From NCBI RefSeq assembly GCF_006345805.1, contig NC_042997.1, positions 202,368,001 to 202,432,000 on the forward strand: a DNA stretch of 64,000 nt. The letters are read 5' to 3'. The notes under the pieces were generated by a model. That model was not told the origin of the DNA. It did no database searches and saw nothing but the letters and a program-made list of their open reading frames with translations. The first letter of the stretch is position 1; every line of letters starts with the position of its first letter. Shown piece by piece: positions 50,677 through 61,796 of this stretch. Source of the DNA: Octopus sinensis. Lineage: Eukaryota. A program made the position numbers and the translations under genes.

Positions 50677-51118
50677 GGCAGCAAGCTGGCAGAATTGTTA
50701 CTGTGCCAGACAAGATGCTTAGTGACATTTCTTCCAGTTCTTCATGTTCTGAGTTCAAATTCTACTAAGGTCAACTTTGCCGTTTATCCTTTCAGGGTTG
50801 ATAAAATAAATACCAATTGAACATTGAAGTTGGAGTAATTGACATACTACTCCCTTGAAATTGCTGGCCTTATGCCTTTAGTAGAAAGGCTTATTATTAT
50901 ATTATTATTATTATTAATGAGTGAGAGAGCAACGCTTACCATCAAAATGAAACTGGGGTATAAATATACAAAGTCCAATATACCCATCATGACTACTTGT
51001 CTAATAAGGGTACACAAGGCACATGCATCACAACCATATGTGCATGACATGGTGGTCTCATACCAAGATAAACAGTGGAGTTATATCCTGAATAAATAAA
51101 GTTTTTAATTAATAGCTG

Positions 51119-51179
51119 AACAATTATTCTGTGCTGATGAGGGGAAATAACCCAGAAATTGCGATACACGGATATTGTT
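51119..51179 (+). ncRNA. Type I hammerhead ribozyme motif with extended stem I
   Basis: AACAAU-UAU-UCUGUG-CUGAUGA-G-GGG-AAAUAA-CCC-A-GAAA-UUGCGA-UA-CACGGA-U-AUUGUU. Confidence 0.72.
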
Positions 51180-52850
51180 TTGAGCTGAGTGGGGGTGCTA
51201 GATTCTCTTGTTTGAAAATATAAGGACACAAATCATGTCATATAGCCGGTTGGAGACGATGTCTCCTGGGGCTAAATTACAGCAACATTCATCCTAAACC
51301 AGGACTGCCATGTTATGTTGGCAAACAATCTTTACTCCTAATATATCAATATTGTTTTAATTTGAAAATATTCTAATTAGTTTTCATAATGATATAACTC
51401 AAGTGATATATTTTTTAAACAGTTCGGGTGTAAACTATTTCTTGTGCTCATCGCCTTGACCCTTGTTCCTCTGTCCAGCAGCTTACTTCATCATCATCAT
51501 TTTAACTTCCGCTTGTCAAGGTTTGCATGGCTCAGGTGAAATTTGTTGAGGCAGAATTTCTATGCCTCAATTCCTATCCTGTTACCAACCCTCACTTGTT
51601 TACAAACAAGGTAATGTCATCACTTGACCTGACATGTTTTCACAAAGGACAAACGAACGAATGACAGTGTTTGTATGAGGATGACACTCACTCTCAACTA
51701 TCCGATGATGTCAAGAAACTGACACTCCATTGGTTTCAGTGATGAGGGTTCCAGTTGATCTAATCAACAGAACAGCCTGCTTGTGAAATTAACATGCAAG
51801 TGGCTGAGTGTTCCACAGACACATGTACTCTTGACATAGTTCTCAGGGAGATTCAGCATGACACAGAGTGTGACAAGGCTGGCTCTTTGAAATACAGGTA
51901 CTTCTCATTTTTGCCAGCTGAATGGACTGCTGTAATGTGAAATAAAGTGTCTTGCTCAAGGACACAACGTGTCGCCAGGTATTGAACTCATGACCTTACA
52001 ATCATGAGCCAAATATCCTAACCATTCAGCTACATGCCTTCATGTGATGTCAAGATAAGGAGACACATACACATATATACACAAATGATCGACTTCTTTC
52101 AGTTTCCGTCAACCAAATCTCCTCACACGATTTTGGCTCATCTAAGGCTGTAGAAAAGACTTGCCAAAGATACCATGCAGTGGGACTGAACCTGAAACCA
52201 TGTGGTCGGAAAGCAAGCTTCTTAGCCACCCTTTTGTTTTGTTTTGTTTGTTTTTGTTGTTTTTTTTTTCTTGCTAATTATTTATCTATTTGGACTTTTT
52301 AATGGTGGGAATAGTGTTTGCAAAGATATTCAATTTATTTTTCAAGATCATGACAATCCCAACATCCATCTGTTCATTTTGACTAATTAAAATAAAGGTT
52401 GTCAGAGTAAAAAAAAACAAAATCTTTTAAATGTAATTAATACATAAACAAAAATATTTTAATTGATCAAGCCACCTGCTGTTTAAAGTAATCAGAGTAA
52501 ATTATATATTCTTTAATTAAATATCTCTAAGCACCGACACCATTATCGTTAGCATATTTCCATGTCATGGTTGTTGTTCTTCACAAAAGATTTCGTGAGT
52601 TCTTTTGTCACTAAACACTTCCAGAAAGTAAAACAATTGCATCATGGCAACATCATGTATCAACATGGCAGCTTTGTTGTGAATGACACAGTTGGATTCC
52701 TTGAGTAATTTTTATATTGCCATCACTACTACTTCTACTACTACTACTACTACTATCAGCAGCAGCATCAGCACCATCGTTGTTTTGTTTGGCAGACAAT
52801 GTAATTTAAAAATTGCTCATTACCAAGTTTTTATCTTTGAGCTATCTTAC

Positions 52851-52904
<54 letters not shown>

Positions 52905-52908
<4 letters not shown>

Positions 52909-53228
52909 GGTAAAGACCCCCTTCGGTCATGAATGACCATGGGATTGCACCTAGAAGTTACCCTCCTAGACACAATCCGGGCAAGTTGTTATGGAGACCA
53001 GCAGTCGCATGCATACCACCTCCCACGCCACCAGTGTTATCCAAGGGAAAGACAGGTCGATACAGCTTGGCACCAGTGACGTCGCAACTCATTTCTACAG
53101 CTGAGTGAACTGGAGCAACGTGAAATAAAGTGTCTTGCTCAAGAACACAACACGCAGCCCGGTCCGGGATTCGAGCTCACACCTCACGATCGTAAGCTCG
53201 GCGCTCTAACCACTGAGCCATGCGCCTT
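52905..53228 (-). mobile_element. tRNA-derived SINE (family 'B')
   Basis: Head ggcgcatggctcagtggttagagcg..gagctcgaatccc; body gtgttcttgagcaagacactttatttcacgttgctccag shared with copies near 9356, 33570 and 56455. Confidence 0.8.
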
Positions 53229-53251
53229 CATGCTATATATATATATATATA

Positions 53252-53620
53252 TGGAAGCACTCCATCGGTTACGACTACAAGGGTTCCGGTTGATCCGATC
53301 AACGGACAGCCTGCTTGTGAAATTAACGTGTAAGTGGCTGAGCACTCCACAGACACGTTTACACGAGGATATTCAGCGTGACACAGAGAGTGACAAGGCC
53401 GGCCGGCCCTTTGAATACAGGTACACAGAAACAGGAAGTAAGAGTGAGAGAAAGTTGTGGTGAAAGAGTACACAGCAGGGATCACCACCATCCCTGCCGA
53501 GCCTCGTGGAGCTTTAGGTGTTTTCGCTCAATAAACACTCACAACGCCCGGTCTGGGAATCGAAACCGCGATCCTACGACCGTGAGTCCGCTGCCCTAAC
53601 CACTGGGCCTTTGCGCCTCC
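53252..53620 (-). mobile_element. tRNA-derived SINE (family 'A')
   Basis: A box tggcccagtgg-like, B box ggtttcgattcc; tail gtaaccgatggagtgcttcc. Confidence 0.85.
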
Positions 53621-54765
53621 ACATATATATATAGAAAATATATATATATATATATACATGTGTGTGTGTGTGTGTGTGTGTAGGAGTGGCTGTGTGGTAA
53701 TTAGCTTGATTACGAACCACATGGTTCCAGGTTCAGTCCCACTGCGTGGCACCTTGGGCAAGTGTCTTCTACTATAGCCTCAGGCCGACAAAAGCCTTGT
53801 AAGTGGATTTGATAGATGGAAACTGAAAGAAGCCTGTCGTATATAGGTATATATATATATATGTGTGTGTGTGTGTATGTTTGTGTGTGTGTTTGTCCCC
53901 CCAACATTGCTCGACAACCGATGCTGGTGTGTTTACATCCCTGTAACTTAGCGGTTCAGCAAAAGAGACCGATAGAATAAGTACTAAGCTTACAAAGAAT
54001 AAGTCCTGGGGTCGATTTGCAACAACTATGCTCGAATGCTGTTTTTCACATGCCACCGGCACATGTGCCAGTAAGGCGACACTGGCAACGATCATGTTCG
54101 AATGGTGCTTTTCACCTGTTACCAGCACAGGAGCCAATCCGTGGCCCTGGCAATGATTACACTCTGATGTGCTTATAATGTTCCACTGGCACAGTACTGT
54201 CATCGACCACGCCAGCAATTTTGGTTTTGATTTCACTTGCCTCAATAGGTCATATATATGTATGTGTGTATATATATACATCCTCGGCTGGCCCCCATGC
54301 CGGTGACACATAAAAGCACCGTCCGTTCGTGGCCGTTTGCCAGCTCTGTCTGGCCCCGTGTTGGTGGCACGTAAAAGCACCATCTGTTGCCAGCATCGCC
54401 TGGCCCCGTGCCGGTGACACGTAAAAGCACCATCTGTCCGTGGCCGTTCGCCAGCTCTGTCTGGCACCTGTGCAGGTGGCACGTAAAAAACACCCACTAC
54501 ACTCGCGGAGTGGTTGGCGTTAGGAAGGGCATCCAGCCATAGAAACACTGCCAGATCTGACTGGGCCTGACGAAGCCTTCCAGCTTCACAGACCCCAGTT
54601 GACCCGTCCAACCCATGCTAGCATGGAAAGCGGACGCTAAATGATGATGATGATGATGATGATATGTGTGTGTGTACATATATATATGTATAAATTATTA
54701 AGGTGGCTAGTTGCAGGTTAAAAACTAAAACGCACATGGTTCTTGTTTATATATATATGTGTGTG

Positions 54766-54806
<41 letters not shown>

Positions 54807-55998
54807 TGTTAGATGTACAACTAGTATTGTATAAGTTAGAGCTCCTCATAGATTATCATTATTCAATCAGCTTCCAATAATAGTGCGCTTTGCATTGTTT
54901 TAGCTCAAATGATGCCATCCACTGGTTAGACAACCAGGACAACATCTCCCCCCCTGATCAGAAGGATATTCTCTGACAGGGTCATTCATGTACAGCTGAG
55001 TGGACTGGTGTAATGTGAATTGAAGTATTTTGCTCAAGAACACAACATGCCACCCAGGTTGGAAATCAAACCCATGATCTTGTAATTGTGAGTGTAATAC
55101 ACAAGCCACTAAGCCATGTGATGAGCTTCTTTCAGTTTCCGTCAACCAAATCCACTCATAAAGCTTTGGCTCGCCCCAGGGCTATATCAGAAGACAAGGA
55201 ACTCAAGGTGGCATACAGTGAAACTGAGCCTGAAACACATGGTTGCAAAACAAACTCGACAACACGGCCATGACTGTGCCTCTGTACACACACACACAGA
55301 TAGATACATTTGTTGCCAGAACAGCCAACTGGCTTCCGTACACGTGGCACGTAAAAGGGCACCATTCAAGCGTGATCGTTACCAATGCCGCTTCACTGGC
55401 ACCTGTGTCAGTGGCATGTGTAAAAAGATTCGAGCAAGGTCATTGCCAGTACCACCTGACTGGCCCCCATGCAGGTGGCACATAAAAAGCACCCACTACA
55501 CTCTCAGAGTGGTTGGCGTTAGGAAGGGCATCCAGCTGTAGAAACTCTGCCAGATCAAGATTGGAGCCTGGTGCAGCCATCTGGTTGCCAGCCCTCAGTC
55601 AAAACTGTCCAACCCATGCTAGCATGGAAAACGGACGTTAAACGATGATGATGGTGATGATGATTCACAGACACACATGTCTACAAACATACATATATGC
55701 ACACTTCAGAGGATTTGGTTGTAGTGTACAAGAGTCTTCTTTCACTTTGCAATGCGATGCGTATGAAGAACGATGGCTGATTTGGAGGTGTGCCAAATGA
55801 TTCGAGCGAGAAGATTCACTGAAATAGAAAGACTGAAGAATGTTTGCGTAGACGGCAGTGACTGGATCTGATCTCATGACGCTTGACTTCACACAATGAT
55901 AAATTACCATGCTGCAACATGCTTTGCAGGAACAGACCACTCCAATCCATATATGATCATGAAGATGATGGTGGTGGTCATAGTAGTGGCGATTGTGG

Positions 55999-56038
<40 letters not shown>

Positions 56039-56932
56039 ACTGCTACTGGTGTCATGCATACACATGCATGCACATATACGTACATATTAAATTCTCCGTA
56101 TTGATTTTCCCAGTGGATTTTGAATGGTCATTTAAATTTGGACATTCAGAAGAATTATTGGTGCATATATTTATTTTACGGCCATAAACTTTTCTTGCTG
56201 ACCACTGACGCAAAGAGAAACTTTTCTGTTAAATAATCTCTTGACTAATATTCTTTGTCCAAGAATATATATATATAATATCTGCAAACACAATGCCAGA
56301 CTCTTTCACAATCAGTGTGTATTTAGACAACTGAAATAATAACTGGAAAAGATTTCCCAGTGAGGCCTTCTGCACAGAGAACAAATAGTTAAGTGCAGTC
56401 CAATGTATTTCATATAGTGAGCGAAAAAAAATATGTTTAATTTATCACAGTGAAGGCACATGGCTTAGTGGTTAGGGTTCTTAGCTCAGAATTGTTAGGT
56501 CATGAGTTCAATTCCCAGCAGCATTATTGTGTTCTTGAACAAGACTTTCTATTTCACATTGCTTCAGTTTGCTCAGATGGCAAAAATGAGTAGTGCCTGT
56601 ATTTCAAGGGGCCAGCCTGTTTATTATTATTATTATTAAGGTGGCAAGCTGGCAGAAACATCAGTATACTGGACAAAATGCTTAGCGGTATTTTGCCCAT
56701 TGCTGTGTTCTGAGTTCAAATTCTGCTAAGGTCAGCTTTGCCTTTTATCCTTTCAGGGCCAATAAAATAAGTACCAGTTGAGAACTAGGGTTGGTGTAAT
56801 CGACTTAAACTGCTTCCTCCTAAACTTGCAGACCTTATGCCAAAATTTGAAACGATTTTCTTTATTTATACAAGTTAAAATAATCTTTGATTAATTCGTT
56901 ATTTTAATATTATTTTCTTCTCTCTTCATCAG

Positions 56933-57043
56933 GGTATCATAACCACAACTTCTGAATTAGATCGAGAAGTACTGACCAGTTCTTACCAACAATTTGCTGT
57001 TGAAGCAGTAGATTCAACTGGTCAAACAGTTGCCACAACTGCT
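56933..57043 (+). CDS. Cadherin exon (111 nt, phase 0-0)
   Basis: Acceptor atcag 56931-56932, donor gtaagt 57044. GIITTTSELDREVLTSSYQQFAVEAVDSTGQTVATTA. Confidence 0.92.
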
Positions 57044-57270
57044 GTAAGTAACTTTTCTAATGTATTCCACCCCTTTAGGGTTTTTTTTTTTACTTCACAG
57101 CATTTTTCTTGTATTATTTCTATTTATCTTTTACATGTATCAGTCATTGGACTATGGCCATGCTGGAGCACTGATTTCACTGGTTTAGTCAAGCAAATCG
57201 ACCCCTGTGCCTATTTTAAATCTTTTACTTATTTTATTGGTCTATTTTGCCAAACTGCTAAGTTAATAGG

Positions 57271-58849
57271 GACCAAGTCAAACGTGTTATTCAAGGCCTC
57301 GATGTCAACAAGGGTCACGGCCCTGACGGCATACACCCACGGGTTATCAAAGCGTTGGCTCCGGTCATCTGCGAGCCCTTAACACGACTATTCAATATGT
57401 CATTGGCGACGGGTGTTATACCTGCAGACTGGAGAACAGCGATAATCTGCCCAATTTTCAAGAAAGGGAGCCACGAAGACCCGCTTAACTACCGACCGGT
57501 TTCCCTTACATCAATAATCAGCAAGATGTTCGAAACCATCCTTAAGAAAAGTATGATGCTCCACCTCCTAAACACAGCCTCGATCACTGATTCCCAATAC
57601 GGCTTCGTGCCGAAGAGATCATGCTTGACCAACTTACTAGTAATGGAAGAATTGGTGACGCGCATCCTCGATGATAGTGATGCTGTTGACATCGTTTTAT
57701 TGGACTTTGCCAAAGCTTTTGACTCGGTAAACCACCGCCTACTACTTGTCAAGCTTCAAGCATATAGTTTCCATCCGGATATTGTACGATGGGTTGGTGC
57801 CTTCCTCTCAGATCGCTCCTTCCAAGTTCAAGTTAATGGTTCGCGGTCCGACGTCTCCAGTGCGAGCAGTGGCGTGCCTCAAGGTTCAGTGCTTGGGCCC
57901 TTGTTGTTCTTAGTCTTCATAAATGACTTGCCCGACGACCTCACGCAACACACCCTTCTATTTGCCGACGATATCAAACTGGTCGCTCCTCGCGGTAGTA
58001 TAGAGGATCTTCGTCGATGCCTCCACCAAATTTGGAAGTGGTCTAACGATTGGGACCTGTGTCTGAACGTGTCAAAGTGCTGTCATCTGCCTGTCGGCTC
58101 TACTCCTGCAACTCAACTTGATTTCGAGCCGGGTCGTCTGCTGCTGGAGAAGACCGATCAGGTAAAGGACCTGGGTATCTTGGTGGATTCCTCCTTTTCG
58201 CCTTCGGCCCAGTGCGTCCATGCTGCCAACAAAGCGCGCGGAATTCTGTTTTTGATTCGACGGTCATTCGGAATGCTCACAGCAGCCATATTCCTGCCAC
58301 TCTATGTCACGCTGGTGAGACCCATATTGGAGTATGGGATTCAAGCCTCTTCTCTTTATCTCCTCAAAGACATACAGCACCTCGAAAGAGTCCAGAGGCT
58401 GGCTACCCGCATGGTTCATGGTCTCAAAAATTTGTCCTACGAAGAAAGGCTGAGGACGCTCGACCTTTATTCTCTTGAAAAACGCCGCCGCCGTGGTGAT
58501 CTCATTCTTGCCCACAACATCATAAGCGGGAAGTGTAACCTCTCGAAAGAGCTGTTCTTCACTCCTGCTCCGGAGCGTCAGCTGCGGGGTCATTCCGAAA
58601 AGCTCTACCTGCGACGATTTCATCTCAATCGAAGGAGAGGAGATTTCTCCGTCCGGGTTGCGGATCCGTGGAACAAGCTGCCAGACGAGATGGTGAAGAT
58701 GCCGACGACCGCTTTGTTCAAAGCCTCCCTGGACCTCAAGTGGCCTGAACTCTTTACATGAACACCACCCTGTACTTAACTCCATGTCCCCCTACATGGC
58801 CTTGCTATTTGCTTTTGAGCCAAATTAACTAACTAACTAACTAACTAAC
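57271..58849 (+). mobile_element. Young 5'-truncated CR1-clade LINE with uninterrupted RT frame
   Basis: Open frame 57271-58761 ([53 protein letters not shown]), (TAAC)n tail 58826-58849, GC-rich; splits a family C SINE. Confidence 0.96.
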
Positions 58850-59121
58850 ATAAACAAACCAGCATTGGTTGTCAAGGTGGGAGATAAACACACACACACA
58901 CTTCTACAGATACCACAAAGATTCCATCTACCAAATTCATTCACAAACCTGAAGCTATAGTAGAAGCCCAAGGTGCCAAGCAGTGGGAATGAACTTGAAA
59001 CCACATGGTTGCCAAGCGAGCTCCTTAACCACACATCCATACCTCATAATAGTTTTATAAGCTCAGGCAGACCAAAGCCTTGGGAGTGGATTTGGTAGAC
59101 AGAAACTGAAAGAAGCCTGTC

Positions 59122-59206
<85 letters not shown>

Positions 59207-59543
59207 CATACATACATAGGCACAGGAATGGCTGGGTAATAAGTAGCTTACTTACCAACCACATGGTTCCAGGTTCAGTCTCACTGCATGGCACCTTGGG
59301 CAAGTGTCTTCTACTATAGCCTTAGGCTGACCAAAGCCTTGTGAGTGGATTTCGTTGAGCCAATTCACTTGACTAAAACTCTTCAAGACGGTGCTCCAAC
59401 ATGGCCGCAGTCAAATGACTGAAACAAATAAAAGAACAAAAGAAAAATACAAATTAAAAATACTGTGAACAAATAACACTGTTTTGGGTCATAAAATTTT
59501 TACATAAGCAGCTGAAAACTTTGGCCTCTGGATGAAGTAAACA

Positions 59544-59582
59544 CTCTTGATGAGCTGGCAAATGCCAGTGAAACTAGTTGAG
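59544..59582 (+). ncRNA. Minimal type I hammerhead motif (C3U)
   Basis: CUC-UUGAUGA-GCUGGC-AAAU-GCCAGU-GAAA-CUAG-UU-GAG; 6-bp stem II, palindromic ACUAGU stem III. Confidence 0.6.
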
Positions 59583-60078
59583 CTTGTCCTTCAGTCTATT
59601 CTACAGAGAGGAACCTTTTCTTTAATTCACCAGAAAGTTTATTTTCATAGTCTGGCTAAAAATATGTTTGTTAATTATATGCACAAAAATATAATTACAA
59701 TTTATAGATATAAATAATTTTTTTAATATTTTAGTTAAATAGAGTATACTGCCTGAAAATGTATTGATATGCAAATAAGCAGAACCTATGGCACTTGTTT
59801 GTAATATTTTATGTAAGACACTTTTGATAAGTTAATTATGGCCAGTAAAACTAGTGAAGCTTATTCTTCTATTTCTCCTGTAGTGAGAGTGTGTGAAAGA
59901 GAGAGAGCAAAGGCTCTCTCTTTCTCATTTTCTCACTGCAGGAGAGAGAGAATATGTACATTATATAGATATAGAATATAATGCCCACACACATACACAC
60001 TTCATACACATACACACATATACCTACATGAGAAAAAAATTGATGTGTATGACCATCATTTCTTTGTGACTTCATTAT

Positions 60079-60307
60079 TTAACCCTTTTGTTACCAACTT
60101 GGTTGAAACCGGTCTGGCTTTGGAGGAGAAATGTCCTGTTTTCATAAGTTTTCAATTAAAATCTTCCCCCAAACCTTAGTCACAATTTATGTTCCTAACA
60201 CTAGCTTAATGGTAACTAAGTTATTTTACTAAATTCTTTGTTATATTTAAAATTAATTGAAAGAAACACAGAGCATCTCAACAGAAATATGGTGACAAAA
60301 GGGTTAA
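60079..60307. mobile_element. piggyBac-type MITE, complete
   Basis: TTAA-CCCTTTTGTTACCA ... TGGTGACAAAAGGG-TTAA; a truncated second copy starts at TTAA 60320. Confidence 0.85.
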
Positions 60308-60993
60308 CTAATGATTAATTTAACCCTTTTCATACGAACCTGGCTGAAACTGGCTCTGGCTCTGTTGTACAAATGTCTTGTTTTCATAAGTTTTGAATTA
60401 AAATCTTCCACCAAACCTTAGTCACAATTTATATGTCTTGCAAACAACTTGCACACGCAAGTGCTACCAGTTAAAAGCTCCGTATATCGGAAGCTAGCAA
60501 GTGTATGGGATCATCAGGAGAGAATGCACGCCGTTTCGGGGCCTACCTCTCGACGGCATCAATGCGCACTGGCCCCCCTCACTGATATGATATATGGGTT
60601 CCCCTGTTAATTTCAATACAAGCATCCTGGTTGTTTTATCAAATAGATGACCTATTCATTGGATTAATATACAAAGGGTTTGAGTTTTCCATAGACATGC
60701 ATACCCTTAAAGTAATTCTACAGTAGATGCAGCATGGCACCAGTGTGATGAGTTTGGGCTTTGGAATTACATGTATAGGCCATCCAACAGACTTTCACTC
60801 AGCCTCCATCCAAATTCAGTCACAAAGCTGGAGTCAAGCCAAGTTTATGGGCAAAGGCACCTGACCATGATGCCACTCAGTGAGATTGAACCTGAGACAT
60901 CATAATTATGAAGCTGACTTCTTAACCCCTGTCTGCTTGCACATCTGTATGTATGTAGATATATTTTTATATAATTGTGTTCTATTGTTGCAG

Positions 60994-61171
60994 ATTGTTG
61001 TGAACATCACTGATGCCAATGATAATGCGCCCAGATGCACTTTCCCGCTGTATAAATTCACGCATGTAGAAGATTCCTTTTTGGGTTCCATTGTTGGAAG
61101 AATTCATGCCACAGATGAAGACAGTGGGAAAAATGCCAGATTGAAATTTAGCATCATCGGAGGCAATGTTG
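60994..61171 (+). CDS. Cadherin exon (last in window; 178 nt, phase 0-1)
   Basis: Acceptor tgcag 60992-60993, donor gtaagt 61172. IVVNITDANDNAPRC...GRIHATDEDSGKNARLKFSIIGGNV(G). Confidence 0.93.
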
Positions 61172-61448
61172 GTAAGTTGTATTAATTTGTCTCTGTTATG
61201 ACTCTTCCAGTATTCTTTGTCCCCGTGATTCCATTCCCATTTGTCTTCTGAGATTGTCTGCTCTGTGCTAGGGAAATTGTGTCCAACCATTTCTTCAGAT
61301 GATGATGATAATTATGATCCTCAAAATTCAAGAGAAAAATTTCATAACCCATCAAATACTGTTTCAAATTTTGGCACGAGGCCAGCAGTTTTGCGGGGAG
61401 GGGGTTCATCAATTATATTGACCCCAGTACATAACTGGTGCTTTTATT

Positions 61449-61796
61449 TTACTCGCCTCCTTATGAGAGCTCAAAATCTCTCGTGGAAGCATCATCCAGC
61501 CAAAATGCAAATATATGGGAAACTACCACCTGTGTCATCTCTTGTGAAAGGTAGGAGAGTCCAGTTTGCTGGACATTGTTGTAGAGCTGAAAACGAGGCA
61601 ATTTCTACTCTTCTCCTCTGGGAGCCATCTACTCGCAATACCAGAGGGTGCACACTCTCCTACCCTGATGTAATCTCCAGGGATACAGGCATCCAGCAAC
61701 AGGACCTCCGTAATGCTATGATGGACCGTGAAGTCTGGCGTAGCATGGTAAATTCCATTGTCTTGACCACGGTCGAACAATGATGATGATAATGAT
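61449..61796 (+). mobile_element. 5'-truncated RTE LINE inserted in a family 'D' SINE
   Basis: TRLLMRAQNLSW...DREVW..TTVEQ* + (TGA)n; possible short TSD tttac at 61448-61452 and 61796-61800. Confidence 0.88.

Noticed and set aside
53560-53620. tRNA genes at SINE heads (also 39390-39452, 53170-53228)
   Set aside because: A/B boxes are present but run into SINE bodies and lack a complete acceptor stem.
56001-56045. (CTG)n tract as coding poly-L/A/C
   Set aside because: Intronic microsatellite with no splice sites or coding context.
58795-58825. Shared tggccttg between the young CR1 tail and the family D SINE tail
   Set aside because: Only 8 nt match with no shared stem-loop; insufficient to call a partner.
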